Below are positions 12,301 to 23,693 of a stretch of 64,000 bases of DNA, in pieces. Where the stretch lies: the NCBI GenBank assembly GCA_051294905.1, contig CM119372.1:25484001-25548000 (forward strand), read 5' to 3'. Within the stretch, counting starts at the first letter, position 1; each line of letters begins with the position of its first letter. The notes under the pieces are model-generated. The model made no database searches. It was not told the origin of the DNA and was given only the letters and a program-made list of their open reading frames with translations. Source of the DNA: Botryllus schlosseri. Lineage: Eukaryota. A program made the position numbers and the translations under genes.

Positions 12301-15300
12301 GTAGAGGTGATTGAAAATGAAGAATTGAAATTACGGAAATTATGCTGCAATTATCGAGTGATCTTCTGGATCATGTGGAATCGAACGCTTTCCGGCATCT
12401 TTTGGATATGTCTCACAAGTCTGTTGCTTACGACTCCTGTATCGCCAATGACTATGGGAACAGTGTTTGTTTTTCATCGGCACATTTTCTCACACTCCAT
12501 TTTGAGATCAGCGTATTTTATTTTTTTGTTTTCTGCTTCCTTTTATTACGATCATTAACATTGAATACAACACATTTGACACTTATCACCTTTTTGTTGT
12601 TTGTGGTATTTATGGTGATTGTCTACTACTATGGTCATATACACCAGACCAACATTTTTTATGTTTGATTCCGTATCTGCCGACTTGTAGCACGACCCAC
12701 TTTTTAAAAGACACCGCTTACGCGGATGAGATGGCGAGGAGGAGCCTATAGATAAAACTCCAATACTTAGGCAGGAATTCTGGAGTCGACCTCGGTCGGA
12801 CTCGAACCCACAATCCATTGGTGTTGTAGCTGTGGATTATACCATTACGTTACCTTGCCGGACTGATGCGGCAGGGCCAGTTTAATACGCAATCCAGTAA
12901 GTGACGTTGCTACCGGCAAGCATTACTAATACATAGTGATACTGGCGACATTTCCAAATCTGCAACATGAAGTACGAAAAACGTACGGTACGATAAAAAT
13001 ATAGGAATTTTTTACTGTACCATAGTTGGCAAAAATATCGCACCGAAACTTCATAACGTACTTTTCGGTCCAATCCAATCGTACCGTATACCCAACCAAT
13101 TCGTCGGAGGTCAATATTTTCGCAATTATCAAACACGTATAGTAGGGACGAACTTACTCTTGGAACAGTCGTCTTAGATTCTTCAAGCTAGATTCCGTTG
13201 TTTCCTTTGACTCACCCAGTTCTTTTGTAGCCTGAATTTCAACGCAAGAGTTATTTTAATTTTTCCCGTGACAGCGAACAAGGATGCGCATCGAGCACAT
13301 ACTCTTCCCGTGCCTTATGGATAGTTTGCCGGGCTACTTTATCGAAATTGGGTGATAGCAACACACTCTTCTCGATCGACAATAGATCGATTTCTCCTTA
13401 TGCTGCCATAGCGACAATGTAACTACTAGGGATGGTGTGAACGCAAGGTTCACGTTCGCGTTCTGTGTGTGTGAACCTCGGTAATTTAGAGGTTCACGTT
13501 CACAAACGAACCTTGGTAGGTTTTGCACTGTGAACCTTTTTCATACACAACAATTTCCAGCATAAAGAATAATCATGAAACGAACAGGCACCTTGACAAT
13601 CACAAAAATTTGCCCTGCTTTGTTACAAAAGTTTGCTCGAATTATCCAGCTTTCTGTTTGTGAATATTCAGAGACTCTCTGCTGTGTGACCCGCAAAAGA
13701 GCGAAATACTCTACATGTAGGTAGTCAGCGAATGATGCCTATTCAATCAACCAATGAAATTGATATCGTGCTGTCTCATGCAAAAAAAAATCCAACAAGC
13801 GTATGGGGTCCATCTCGATGTCATATGTTTGTTAAATCATAAAAACCAAATCCGTGCGATTGAGGTGTTGGCTACTGGTGTATAACTTGTTAATGGGGTA
13901 AAATCCGTTTTACACTCTGCTCAATATTACCGTAGAAACACTCAGACGCCGAATACATTGTCCGGTCTTGCCTAGACCGCCGAGGCGTAAGCCTAATCTT
14001 ATATTCCTTTGCAAGTCCTCGTCGAAATTGTTGGAAAAGCGACGGAAGATATTGATTTTATGGGAGTATTATATCATTTGATTGCTCCAGTTTATACATT
14101 TGGCGACGTTTAAAAAGTCAATATACTTCAGCATTGTGGCATTATGTGGCTCGAGTCGTCGGTAGGTATCGTGTACTACTGTACATTAATCTATATCACG
14201 TCACTGAGATGTAGGGTTGGAATTAGCAATGTGACGTCACGTGACGTCATGAGGTTCACGTTCGCGTTCACACAGAACCTTTCAAAAAGGTTCGCGTTCA
14301 CACGAACCTGAACCTTTCAGAGGTTCACACCGTCCCTAGAAACTATATTGCATTTGGAATGACGTTATCGATCAGTTCAGATCGGTTCTATACCAATACC
14401 GAGAAAACCGTTACCGAGAATAGACATTACCGAGAATGGACATTACCGAGAATGGACATTACCGAGGATGGCCAACTCCGAGAATCTATCTTTCTGAGAG
14501 GGACGTTGTCAAGAAATTTTTACCTGAGAATCGACACCGAATGTGGCAACGCCGGGAAGCATTGTCTTTACTCGGTAATGTTTATTCTCGGTGGTGTCCA
14601 TTCTCGCTAATGGCATTCTCAGTAATGGTTTTCTCGGTATTGACCGGACACCGTTCAGATCAGATCAGTTATGTAACGATTCGTAACGAGAGAGAGAGAG
14701 AGGGAGAGAGAAAGAGAGGGAGAAAGAGAGAGAGTGTGTGAGAGAGAGAGGGGGGGTGAGAGAGCGAGAGCGAGAGAGATATTTCGTCAACCGATGACAC
14801 CAAAATAAATAGAACTCACATAAATATGCAATATTTAACAAACCCAAACGGTGGTTTATCGGTATTGACTGCTATCGGCGATATCCCGATATGATCATGA
14901 CGATCTTCGTGTCAACCGGAACCAGGGTAAATGGTTATTTAAATGAGATAACCTCATAACGTAATAACGACTCCAACACTTTTACGGCAATTAGTAGAGA
15001 TACGTAGATATCTTATAGCTTTGTGTAGTGTCGCTGTCTTAACCTTAATTTTTCGGCGTGCCCTATCATCTGCATCGCGTGAAACGCTTTAAGTTTCGCT
15101 TTGACACTTTTTCGTAACCGGACAACGTATATTCTCATGCTAATATAAACGAATTCCCGCTGGTTTGTTACGCTACGTTAGATTGGGTCAGCCAAACTGC
15201 ATGCGATGAGTTTCATGCCCGAAGACTGCTGGATGCTTTATAGTTTAGCTACTTGTACAATGTACATACATGGTCGTAGGGATCCTACGAATCCACAATT

Positions 15301-16710
15301 ATCAAGCCTATAATGTCTTCATACCTTAGATTTTGTATGGCTCGCTAACTGGCTTCCCATGATCGGTTCGTGGTCCTTCCAGGTAAGGTTTGAATTTTCG
15401 ATTTCGTCGGAATCGAGAGTTCTGAAAGATCCAGTCTAAAATTCAAAGTAAGATATGAAGTTAACTTGATTAAAACGTCCTGAAAAGAAAGGTCGCATCT
15501 CATCCCGACATTCTTCTTCCTTGTTATATATTATATATAGATCAATATGACGAATTGACTACTATATGAATGCAATAGAAACTGCGTCTTCGCTATGCCT
15601 TTAGATTTGCCTTAGCAATTGTCGGCGTCATAATAACATGAAGATATATTATATATTATTTTCAGAAACTGTAAAAGATGAGTGGTCCTGTCACTCTCGG
15701 CAAGACAGGTGAGCCCCGCGCAAGTAGAAAATTAAAATTAAATTAAAGGATTTCGCTGTCGAATATCATCAGATCATAGATGTAGATGAATAAAAAAATA
15801 ACTAAAGAAATATGTCTCATATATGCAGGAATAGTTACCAAAGAAGACAGCTTCGCTGCTCAAGTAGAAGGAGTAGCGCTACTCAACTATAAGTAGAATA
15901 AATTACAATAATTTCTAATCAATTGCAGGTATCAATGATGATTTCCAAGATATCCCCAAAACTGATTGGAAGTAGAAAACGACAAATTTCTTATTTACTC
16001 AATCATTTTTACAAAGCATATTTCATTGCGACCAACGCGAAATGACTATAATCACACAGCATATAGGTGCAACTGTCGGAAATACATTCCGTTCCCGCGA
16101 AGCGAGGGCTTGTCCACAGTGGAATCAGATAGAACTGACTTGAATAAATCCGTTAAAATAGTATTATTGTATTACTTGGACACCTCTGATACTACTGCAG
16201 AAAGTAGTCTAATCACCTGACGACTACAAACCCTAGAGCACGACTCACTCTATGTCTATACTCCGATGGCCGTATGGACTATGCGTACAACAAAATACAA
16301 AACAATATGTGCCTACTTTATGCATAGTATACTGAAGTAATCAATTATAAACCCATAATAAATATGTATAGTGAATGGTTTTCACCTTAGGACCTTATCT
16401 ATACCCTAGTGATGCATCCTATAAAAGACCGGTTCACAATGTCCTGTATGAACAATAAAATAATTAGTATTGCGAACAATCTAATTCGATATATTTGTTA
16501 TGATATCATATCTACCAAAACATTGTCCACAGCCTATTGTGAGTGTATGATTGGTCACTTACCGCTGCCATCTTCTTCCCTAAAAATTCCGTTCTGCTCT
16601 ACACTGCGATCAGCTTACCATTTCACGAAAAGGCCTCGCTGCATTGCTTATATGCAGTCGCTAATCCGTATCGAACATCCATGACATACTTGTTGATCCT
16701 GATGAATCAT
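6324..16710 (-). CDS. RLBP1: Cellular retinaldehyde-binding protein (CRALBP/RLBP1)-like CRAL-TRIO protein, 9 coding exons
   Basis: Phase-consistent GT-AG exons: 16710-16690, 15435-15325, 13231-13158, 11797-11670, 11603-11488, 10930-10868, 10793-10635, 8233-8123, 6470-6324. The peptides [90 protein letters not shown] and LPKELGG follow vertebrate CRALBP in order. A non-coding 5' exon ends at 16959. Confidence 0.9.
9289..9952. mobile_element. Foldback / MULE-like MITE (almost wholly palindromic) inserted into a LINE remnant
   Basis: ~320-bp inverted arms GGGCTCT(G)CAAAAATGAC...GTCATTTTTGAAGAGCCC. The 9-bp flanking duplication ATGCACAGT is at 9280-9288 and 9953-9961, and the LINE sequence resumes on both sides. 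Confidence 0.75.
13427..14338. mobile_element. hAT-like MITE (TAGGGATGGTGTGAAC TIR, GTTCAC repeats) in an RLBP1 intron
   Basis: TIRs TAGGGATGGTGTGAAC / GTTCACACCGTCCCTA, with a degenerate 8-bp TSD (GTAACTAC/GAAACTAT). Confidence 0.65.
14383..14653. mobile_element. MITE with inverted 15-bp subterminal tandem repeats (CATTACCGAGAATGG)
   Basis: The left arm has 5-6 direct ACCGAGAATGGACATT units and the right arm has the inverted units. TTCAGAT is duplicated on the flanks. Confidence 0.6.
14688..14780. repeat. (GA)n microsatellite
   Basis: Imperfect GA dinucleotide run. Confidence 0.9.
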
Positions 16711-18823
16711 GCGATTATCCAGTTGCAATCATCCGAAATGCGAGAGCTTCCATGAGGACCGCCATGTTCGATTGATGAACGCATCACCCTTGTCCTGGAA
16801 AAGAAAAAAGATAGAAGAGTATATGCGAGTTCGAACGTATTGTAACTCACATATAGCTCATCCGATCACCCAAGTAATCCCATTGCATTATTCGCATACG
16901 CTTCAGTAGCCCTGAAAATAAATCCATACCAATGAGCACTTGAGCAGCTCTTACTCACCCTGCAAAATCCTAATGTTCTCTGAATTCCAAATTGCGGATA
17001 TGTCTGACTTATTTTAATTTCCTAGCGATGATGTCACATAACTTAAAATGCTCTTTTTTATAGTTTTTGGACTTAACATAATATAGTGCTGCAAAAGCTG
17101 GTTCATTTGAGAAACTATTCAAAGGACTTCTATCCAGCAATTTAACAGTGAGATATCTCACCAATCACATATCGTGAGACGTTTCGTGCAAGAAGTACAA
17201 AATTGAATTGACAATGTTATGTAGCTTATGCGTAGCATTCGAAATCGACCCGACTCGTATAGTCAAACTAGAAACTCAAAGCCGAATCAGTCAGGAGGGA
17301 CTACCAGAATTAGCCCGACCCTTGCGTACAGTACCAAACATGGGAACCATTCGATATAGCGACGCCTCGATTAAACAAAGACTTTGCAGTCTTGTGACTG
17401 TAATTGGGATAAGGCATATTTATGCCGAAAGGTCCATTGCTCATTAATTTTCCCAACATTCGTAATCCACTCACCTTCAACAGACCAGATCATTCAATTC
17501 ACGACTCATTGGATTGTCAGCTATGCTTGTGTGCTCGGAATCCAACGGCTTTTAGCAGACTGGATTGTATAACTTTTATATGGATGGCGACCTCTCGAAA
17601 TGTTCACTTACACTGACTATTTTACTTTGGTCACCGTATGCTATCCGCGGCCTACTGAATGTTGTTGGCCATCTGATTCTAATAGTGCCCCTGTTGCTCA
17701 ACAAAAAGGAAATCATGTATTACCACTGCTTCACTCACAAACTGGACACTATACTGAAACTCGAACAATCATCCGAGAATCTTTACTGTTACTCAATTTT
17801 TCGCTAGTGGTGTTGGGATCAAGATCTATATATACTCGAGTCACAAAGTCACTTCGAGTCAATGCATATTTTGATTTGAGTCAAGTCAACTCAATTCGAA
17901 TCTTTTCTGGTGAAGTCAAGTGTCAAGTGCCGGAAATCCAAGTCAAATCGGAAGCCAGTCGTGATTTTAATCAAATGTGAAATTTCTCGAACACGAACAG
18001 GAACCGAATGCTCATACCTAGGGCTGCATTTAAAACAAAAATCAATTTAAAAGAAACATGCGTTTAAAACAAGGCCCTTGTTTAAAACATGTTTTTATTT
18101 TTTTAAGCCATGACGTCACGAATATCCAGGTGTGACGTCATATTGGATTGATATTGACAATTGAAAATACAGGGTAAATATAGATCCCTTGCCGAAAGAT
18201 CTGCGTACTGTACTGTGCTATTGAACCGACTATTTTGAGGGTTCCAACCATCCCATATCGTATACGTCGGCGTTATCGCGTGGTATTTGAATATTTGAGC
18301 TGGTTACAGCGACTCCTGCCCGCGTATTCATTGTATGGGGCCATCCGTCTTAAAAGAGAGTGACTGGGAAAAAGAGAGTGACACGTTTCGCTTGTAAGTC
18401 CATGTTGCGTCACGAACTTGGAAGTGCGGGTGTTATACCAAATTACAGACACCGTATTTGCGGAAAAATATCGTACCGCAATTTCTGACCGCCAGTCGTG
18501 GCGTACCAATTTGTTGAATACAACTCATCCATCTCAATGCTGAGCAGCATCAAAACCAAAAATCCAATTGAAAAGGTTTGACCTTTGACCTCTTACGTAC
18601 ACCTGTATCAATCGAGCTCTCGAGTCACCTGTTCTGTATGGGTTGAAACCAATGATATAATTAGCCGGTCTATTTTTCCGCTCAATGCGATACGCACCAG
18701 GGTCCCTCGTGCGTGGATCTGCCTATATACGCCGACTCTCCCACATAATATGACGCTGTCGCTGTCAGCCCGAGTGACAGTAGCATGTCTGAACAATTCC
18801 CAAACGACAGCAGTACAAGAAAC

Positions 18824-18896
18824 TGCCCCGAGTCAGGATCGAATTCACGACCTTGACATTACGAGACTCACGCGCTGCCTACTGCGCCATCGACGC
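18824..18896 (-). pseudogene. Elongator tRNA-Met-derived pseudogene (anticodon now CGT)
   Basis: 73 nt: GCGTCGATGGCGCAGTAGGCAGCGCGTGAGTCTCGTAATGTCAAGGTCGTGAATTCGATCCTGACTCGGGGCA. The backbone matches eukaryotic tRNA-Met(e), but there are mismatches in the acceptor, anticodon and T stems. Confidence 0.7.
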
Positions 18897-20460
18897 CACC
18901 GAGTCTTGGCAGCGACCTTATCAAGCCATTATGCTTCAGCTCTAGATTTCTAGCTATGATCCGACATTGAAGGCGAATTCAATCGGCCTCCATTGATGAA
19001 ATATGAGTTAACCAGAGGTGGTCAAAGTAGTCAAGTAAGCTACTCAAGTACGAGTAGAAGAACTTCTTCCGTAAGTAACCTAAAACTACTTGAAGTACAA
19101 TTGACTAACTTTACATCTACTCAAGTAAGTAAGTAGTTGTGAAAACGATCGTGATTAGGTCGCATGGATTGTCAAAAGCTGCAAATCGAGCTATGCGAAA
19201 GGTGCAGAGCGTTGATTCATATTGATGCATACCAGGAGGTATCCAATTTTCAACAGCATAAGCATTTGTCCGTATGATGGGATGAAAATGATAGTATTGA
19301 TATGGAAATGCGAAACTGGTCCTCTGTTTACTCGAACAGCCCGTTTTAGACAATATCATGGCATGGCGTCCTCCCCCATATTATAAGGCCCGTAGTTAGG
19401 TCGAAAAGCAATACGGATAAGTGGTCTATTTCTGTCCTAAAGAAATAGAATACACTATGCCCTATTATGACATAAATCTCCTCACTGGACATCTTCCGTT
19501 GAACGCGGTATCTAAACCACCTTGGATTATCAATGAAATAATATTTACGGTGACCAATTCTTTAATTATTTATTATAGGTGTGCCCACCGTAAATACTAT
19601 TTTATTCCAATCCAAATTTTTCGACGGCAATAACTGATAGAGTGATGATCTTTCATTTGATAGTTGGACGTCGAGGACGCTCATGGGTTGTACGTGTATG
19701 CGCTGTTATAATTACGAGGTAAAGAAGGCATACAGATTGTTGAACTGATACGTAAAGTTGGCAATTTATAGTTTTCGCATATCTTTTATGTTTAGGACAC
19801 CAAATCTTTTGAGCGGCGATTTGTTGGACACTCAACCCGCTCCTTGGTACCTTGGCAATGAATGGAGTACGTAATGTCGTGGTTTTTGCAGTGGATTGAG
19901 TATGCTATACTGACTGCCCCCCAGTATGCGGCCATATCGTAACTTCATTTGAATGGAATTATTGAGTCATTAGTCTACCGAATTTGAAGAGTATGATACC
20001 AAATCAATTTAGGATTTGAAATGTCGCTTGGTTACGAATCTCAAATCCATAACAGAATTTGGATATGAAAATAACTATAATTGATTATAATCAATCAACA
20101 ATGAGTGCGGAACTGCCCTCAGCCTTAGTCGGTTATACTGGGAATCACTTCTATTGGTAGCATAAAAATATATATTTTAGGGAGGTATTCTTATTTCTCT
20201 CAAAATATTTGAAAAACTGAAATATATATAAAAAAAGTCAGAACTGTTCTCACCAGCCATCAATATCAAATAATCAATAATCGTCGGATTATATTCGCAG
20301 TTTTTCATTTTCTCTTCCCTGATACGATAGGATAGTTCATCGCATCAATAGGTTTCGCATCCATCGCGGACAACTTCGGATACGCATGTTTTCTCGGCTA
20401 CTGTGTCATTATGACTCTCACTTTATTTCGAGCATATTGCCCATGAAGTTGGGTCGTGAC

Positions 20461-20726
20461 CAGAGGTGGTCAAAGTAGTCACCGTCCCTACTCAAGTAGA
20501 AGTAAAAGTAATGCCAAAATTTCTACTCAAGTAGAAGTAGGAGTGGCGGTTCACAAGTAAGTAAGTAAGTAGGTATTCTACGCTTATTTTTGCCTAAAAA
20601 ACTGAAAACTGTCAAGTAGAAGTAGAAGTAGTCTAAAATAATAACTACTTACTAAGTAGTGCAAGTAGGCAAAATCTACTTCAAGTATTACAAAAACTAG
20701 AAGTAATTCGTTACTGACCCCCTCTG
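20461..20726. mobile_element. hAT-like MITE (CAGAGG TIR, AAGTA-rich)
   Basis: Ends CAGAGGTGGTCA...TGACCCCCTCTG, with TSD GTCGTGAC/GTCGGGAC (7/8). A partial copy starts at about 19013. Confidence 0.65.
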
Positions 20727-22264
20727 GTCGGGACTGATGATATTACACATGATGGCAATCATCGTAGGATGCCAGTAGTTGGTGTCGGCGAGCCATTCAT
20801 TTCAGCTGCTGAATGGATCTCGTCTCTGATCGCGCCTGCCGACAAGAGCGGGACGTGGTCTAGGATGGAGGAGTAGGTAAAGTGATGAAATCCACCGCCC
20901 GCTACGCACGCGAGCCTGTTCGATTCTTGCTAGTACAAAGCGTCGGAGGTTTGTCTAGGCGCCTCCACCCCTATGTTGCTCGTTCTTACAGCGTCAACAG
21001 TCCAAAGGACCGATGAAGTATGTACGCATGGAATCGAACGAAAATAAGCCGAAAATATCAAGATCTGGCGGAATTATTCTGAGGTAGGTATCAGATTGAT
21101 ACAGCGTGAGTGTCTGATTAAAACACTACTCCGAGTCGTTTCGGCACCCTCCTATCTTTTCATTTAATCGCAATCTTGTGGTGTATTGATTTGATAAAAA
21201 AAATAATAATAAAATGATGATGAAGATGAACGTAATTGGTCGTTTCAACATCTTCCTACCAGTTCATTACATCGCTTTGTCTTGTGTAGGCCGATCGAAT
21301 TGTACATTGTATGTTTTGAGTAGAGTAAAATATATAAATGCCTACGATTATTCCCATCTCTCGCCATCGACGCTAGGGAATCCGATTTGATTCTCGGCGG
21401 TATAGCGCGTTCCGAAACGTCAGCGAGCTCCTCCTTCCCCGCGACGCTCGTTTTTACCTTTACAAAATATAGCCCAGAAAAATAGCCGATAAAGGACGTA
21501 CGAAAGGAAAAAATGAAAAGAGAAACGAAAAGCGCCCGAATAAAGACTATTGGCCTACTAAAATGCTGTTACATTGAGCAAAAGTCCGAGACTGGGATAC
21601 CAAAATTGGACGTTTCGACAGCCTCCTCTCTGTTCATTAGATTGCATTTCTGTCGTGCAAGCTATCGCAATATACATTGTGTGTCTTGAACGGACGAAAT
21701 TATTATAAAGACTACGATAATTACGATTAGCCTACTATTAAAACTGCTGATTATAATCAGATGATGATTTGATTAAAAAAATTTATAAAATGACGATGAT
21801 GAGAACCGAAAAAGCACTTCGTCAGCCCCCCGTTGGTCCTAGTCCACATAGGGTGATGATAGACCAAACTTTAATACATGTAGCAAAACCGGTCCGGTAT
21901 GCACTACGCCATTCACGGACGAGCCGGAATAGAAACGGCGAACTCCCGAATGATCTATTTATTTATAACGGCTTATTATTACGCTCCTAAATCGAGAGTA
22001 TTATTGTTAATGTTATGAAAAATTACTGTGTATTTGCTGCCAAATATTTCAAATTCCTGAATGATTTTTTCAATAATATTGATATAGTTGCAATGCATAT
22101 TAGAGAGATATGATGATGTTCTTTTTCGCCTGCACCATCGAGATGCTTTGACGACGGAGTTGCGATACGGCCGTGAGGTCATCTAGTCTGCGCTCCCGTT
22201 TCTCTCTCCTCCGGATGCTATCCGTGATTGCTGATCGCCTAGCAGGATAGCGGCGGATAACAAT

Positions 22265-22340
22265 TTTCGAGTCTTCGGTATGACCCGGCCGGGGATCGAA
22301 CCCCTACCGATCGAGAAGCCGTACGCATAACCATTACACT
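22265..22340 (-). mobile_element. tRNA-like SINE head
   Basis: Minus strand TAGTGTAATGGTTA...GGGGTTCGATCCCCGGCCGGGTCATACCGAAGACT carries A and B boxes. Confidence 0.45.
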
Positions 22341-22505
22341 ATTTCTTTTTACCCTCTCTCAGCACTCGTGAATAAGTCAAAGTCAAATGACCATAAATTA
22401 ATTAGTCATGTAGAGAGAGAATCATCATCATCATCATTTATTAATATTTTTACCCAATCAATACACCACACGATTGCGAATAATTATTTGTCAATCGTGC
22501 AGATC

Positions 22506-22799
22506 AGTAGTTTGATAAATGGGCGGAATGTGCCAAATCACGATTTAACTTAAACAAACAAGAATTATGAATATGAAAGATAGTGAAAGAATTAGCTCAT
22601 TCTCAATTCTGCAGCAATACTCGAGGGGATTTCCCTTCTGACTGTGCGGCAATTAAAAAAGGGGAATAATTAGAGAGAAAACGAACAAAGAATCTGGATT
22701 GACCTTTGTACTCAGACATGAGACTTGAGTACTTCTACTTGTACTTTTCCACTCCTGATTCTACCTCGCCTGACCTCTGGTACACGAGACTTGTGTATT
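22506..22799 (+). repeat. Left terminal inverted repeat of the Polinton
   Basis: Reverse complement of 38638-38930. The first 269 bp have a single mismatch (22632). Confidence 0.97.
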
Positions 22800-23204
22800 T
22801 AGTAATTTTTTTTTATATTTTCCCTCGAATAACAATGGATTGACATTTAATTTCAATGGTATGCACGCCGACGAATCGGTATAGTTCTCCTGGCTTGACT
22901 TGTCGTTCCGCGGTGGATTGATTAATCCAGCTACGTGTAAACACGATGGGATTTGGGAATATTTGTCCGTCAAACATGACGTCAGTATAGTATTTGTTCC
23001 TTCGGATCCGTATGTGAGATCCCGGTTCGTGTTTTAGGTGGATTGTCAACGCGTTCGGCCAGACGAAACGATGCAAGGTAACGATTCTGGTCTGCGTCAT
23101 ACTGTTGACCTCTTTTTGCTCCCTGGATAGTAGCGAGTATGATCTTTATGATGCCAACGACTCCCGAACGCTCGTAAAAAGACTATAACGTATGCTGTAC
23201 AAGG

Positions 23205-23210
23205 TTTATT
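23205..23210 (-). terminator. Polyadenylation signal AATAAA at the end of the structural gene block
   Basis: TTTATT on the plus strand, 37 nt beyond the protease stop, at the end of the co-oriented gene array. Confidence 0.55.
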
Positions 23211-23246
23211 GAACATACACAATCTGAAAATACAAGTCACGAGCGT

Positions 23247-23693
23247 TCATAAAGTAGATTTTTCTTTGTTTACAAAATCAAAAACGAGGCGATCATTCAC
23301 ACGTTTATCAGAACCAAAAGCATCTAAATAATCGAGGGTACCTACACCTTGACCCCTTCTAATTAGGAAAGCGGTACAATGTTCGCCGCACACAAACGAA
23401 CGTAAAGACTGTAATTGCACACTAGTGAAGGTATAATCGTCCGCGCCCAATAACCTATAGATCTCCTTCTTCAGAGGCGGAATCCCGAAAGAGTCGTGAA
23501 AGTGCGTGCCATCTTGATCGGCGAAGATACAGATCCAATGCGAGCCGCCCTTCGCGTTAGGGTCGTAATTGATAACGACTGCGTACGGCTTAGGTAGCTT
23601 TGCTGGCAATAAATCGATCGCAAAAGTACCGGCAAATAAATCTCGCGTGTCGCGGTGATTGAATAAAATATGATTAATTTGATCGGTATTCAT
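23247..23693 (-). CDS. Adenain-like cysteine maturation protease (148 aa)
   Basis: Catalytic motifs GGSHW (His), FHDSFG (Asp) and QLQSLRSFVCGEHC (Gln/Cys). The likely ATG at 23693 overlaps the MCP stop (ATGA). Confidence 0.93.
   Translation of the reverse strand: MNTDQINHILFNHRDTRDLFAGTFAIDLLPAKLPKPYAVVINYDPNAKGGSHWICIFADQDGTHFHDSFGIPPLKKEIYRLLGADDYTFTSVQLQSLRSFVCGEHCTAFLIRRGQGVGTLDYLDAFGSDKRVNDRLVFDFVNKEKSTL

Noticed and set aside
14396..14475. 15-bp direct repeats resembling a CRISPR array
   Set aside because: There are no unique spacers or cas genes, the context is eukaryotic, and the units reappear inverted at the other end of a MITE.
22520..22536. Adenovirus-like NFI/Sp1 sites in the TIR (GGGCGG, TGCCAA)
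   Set aside because: Only a half-site with non-canonical spacing; too short to support.
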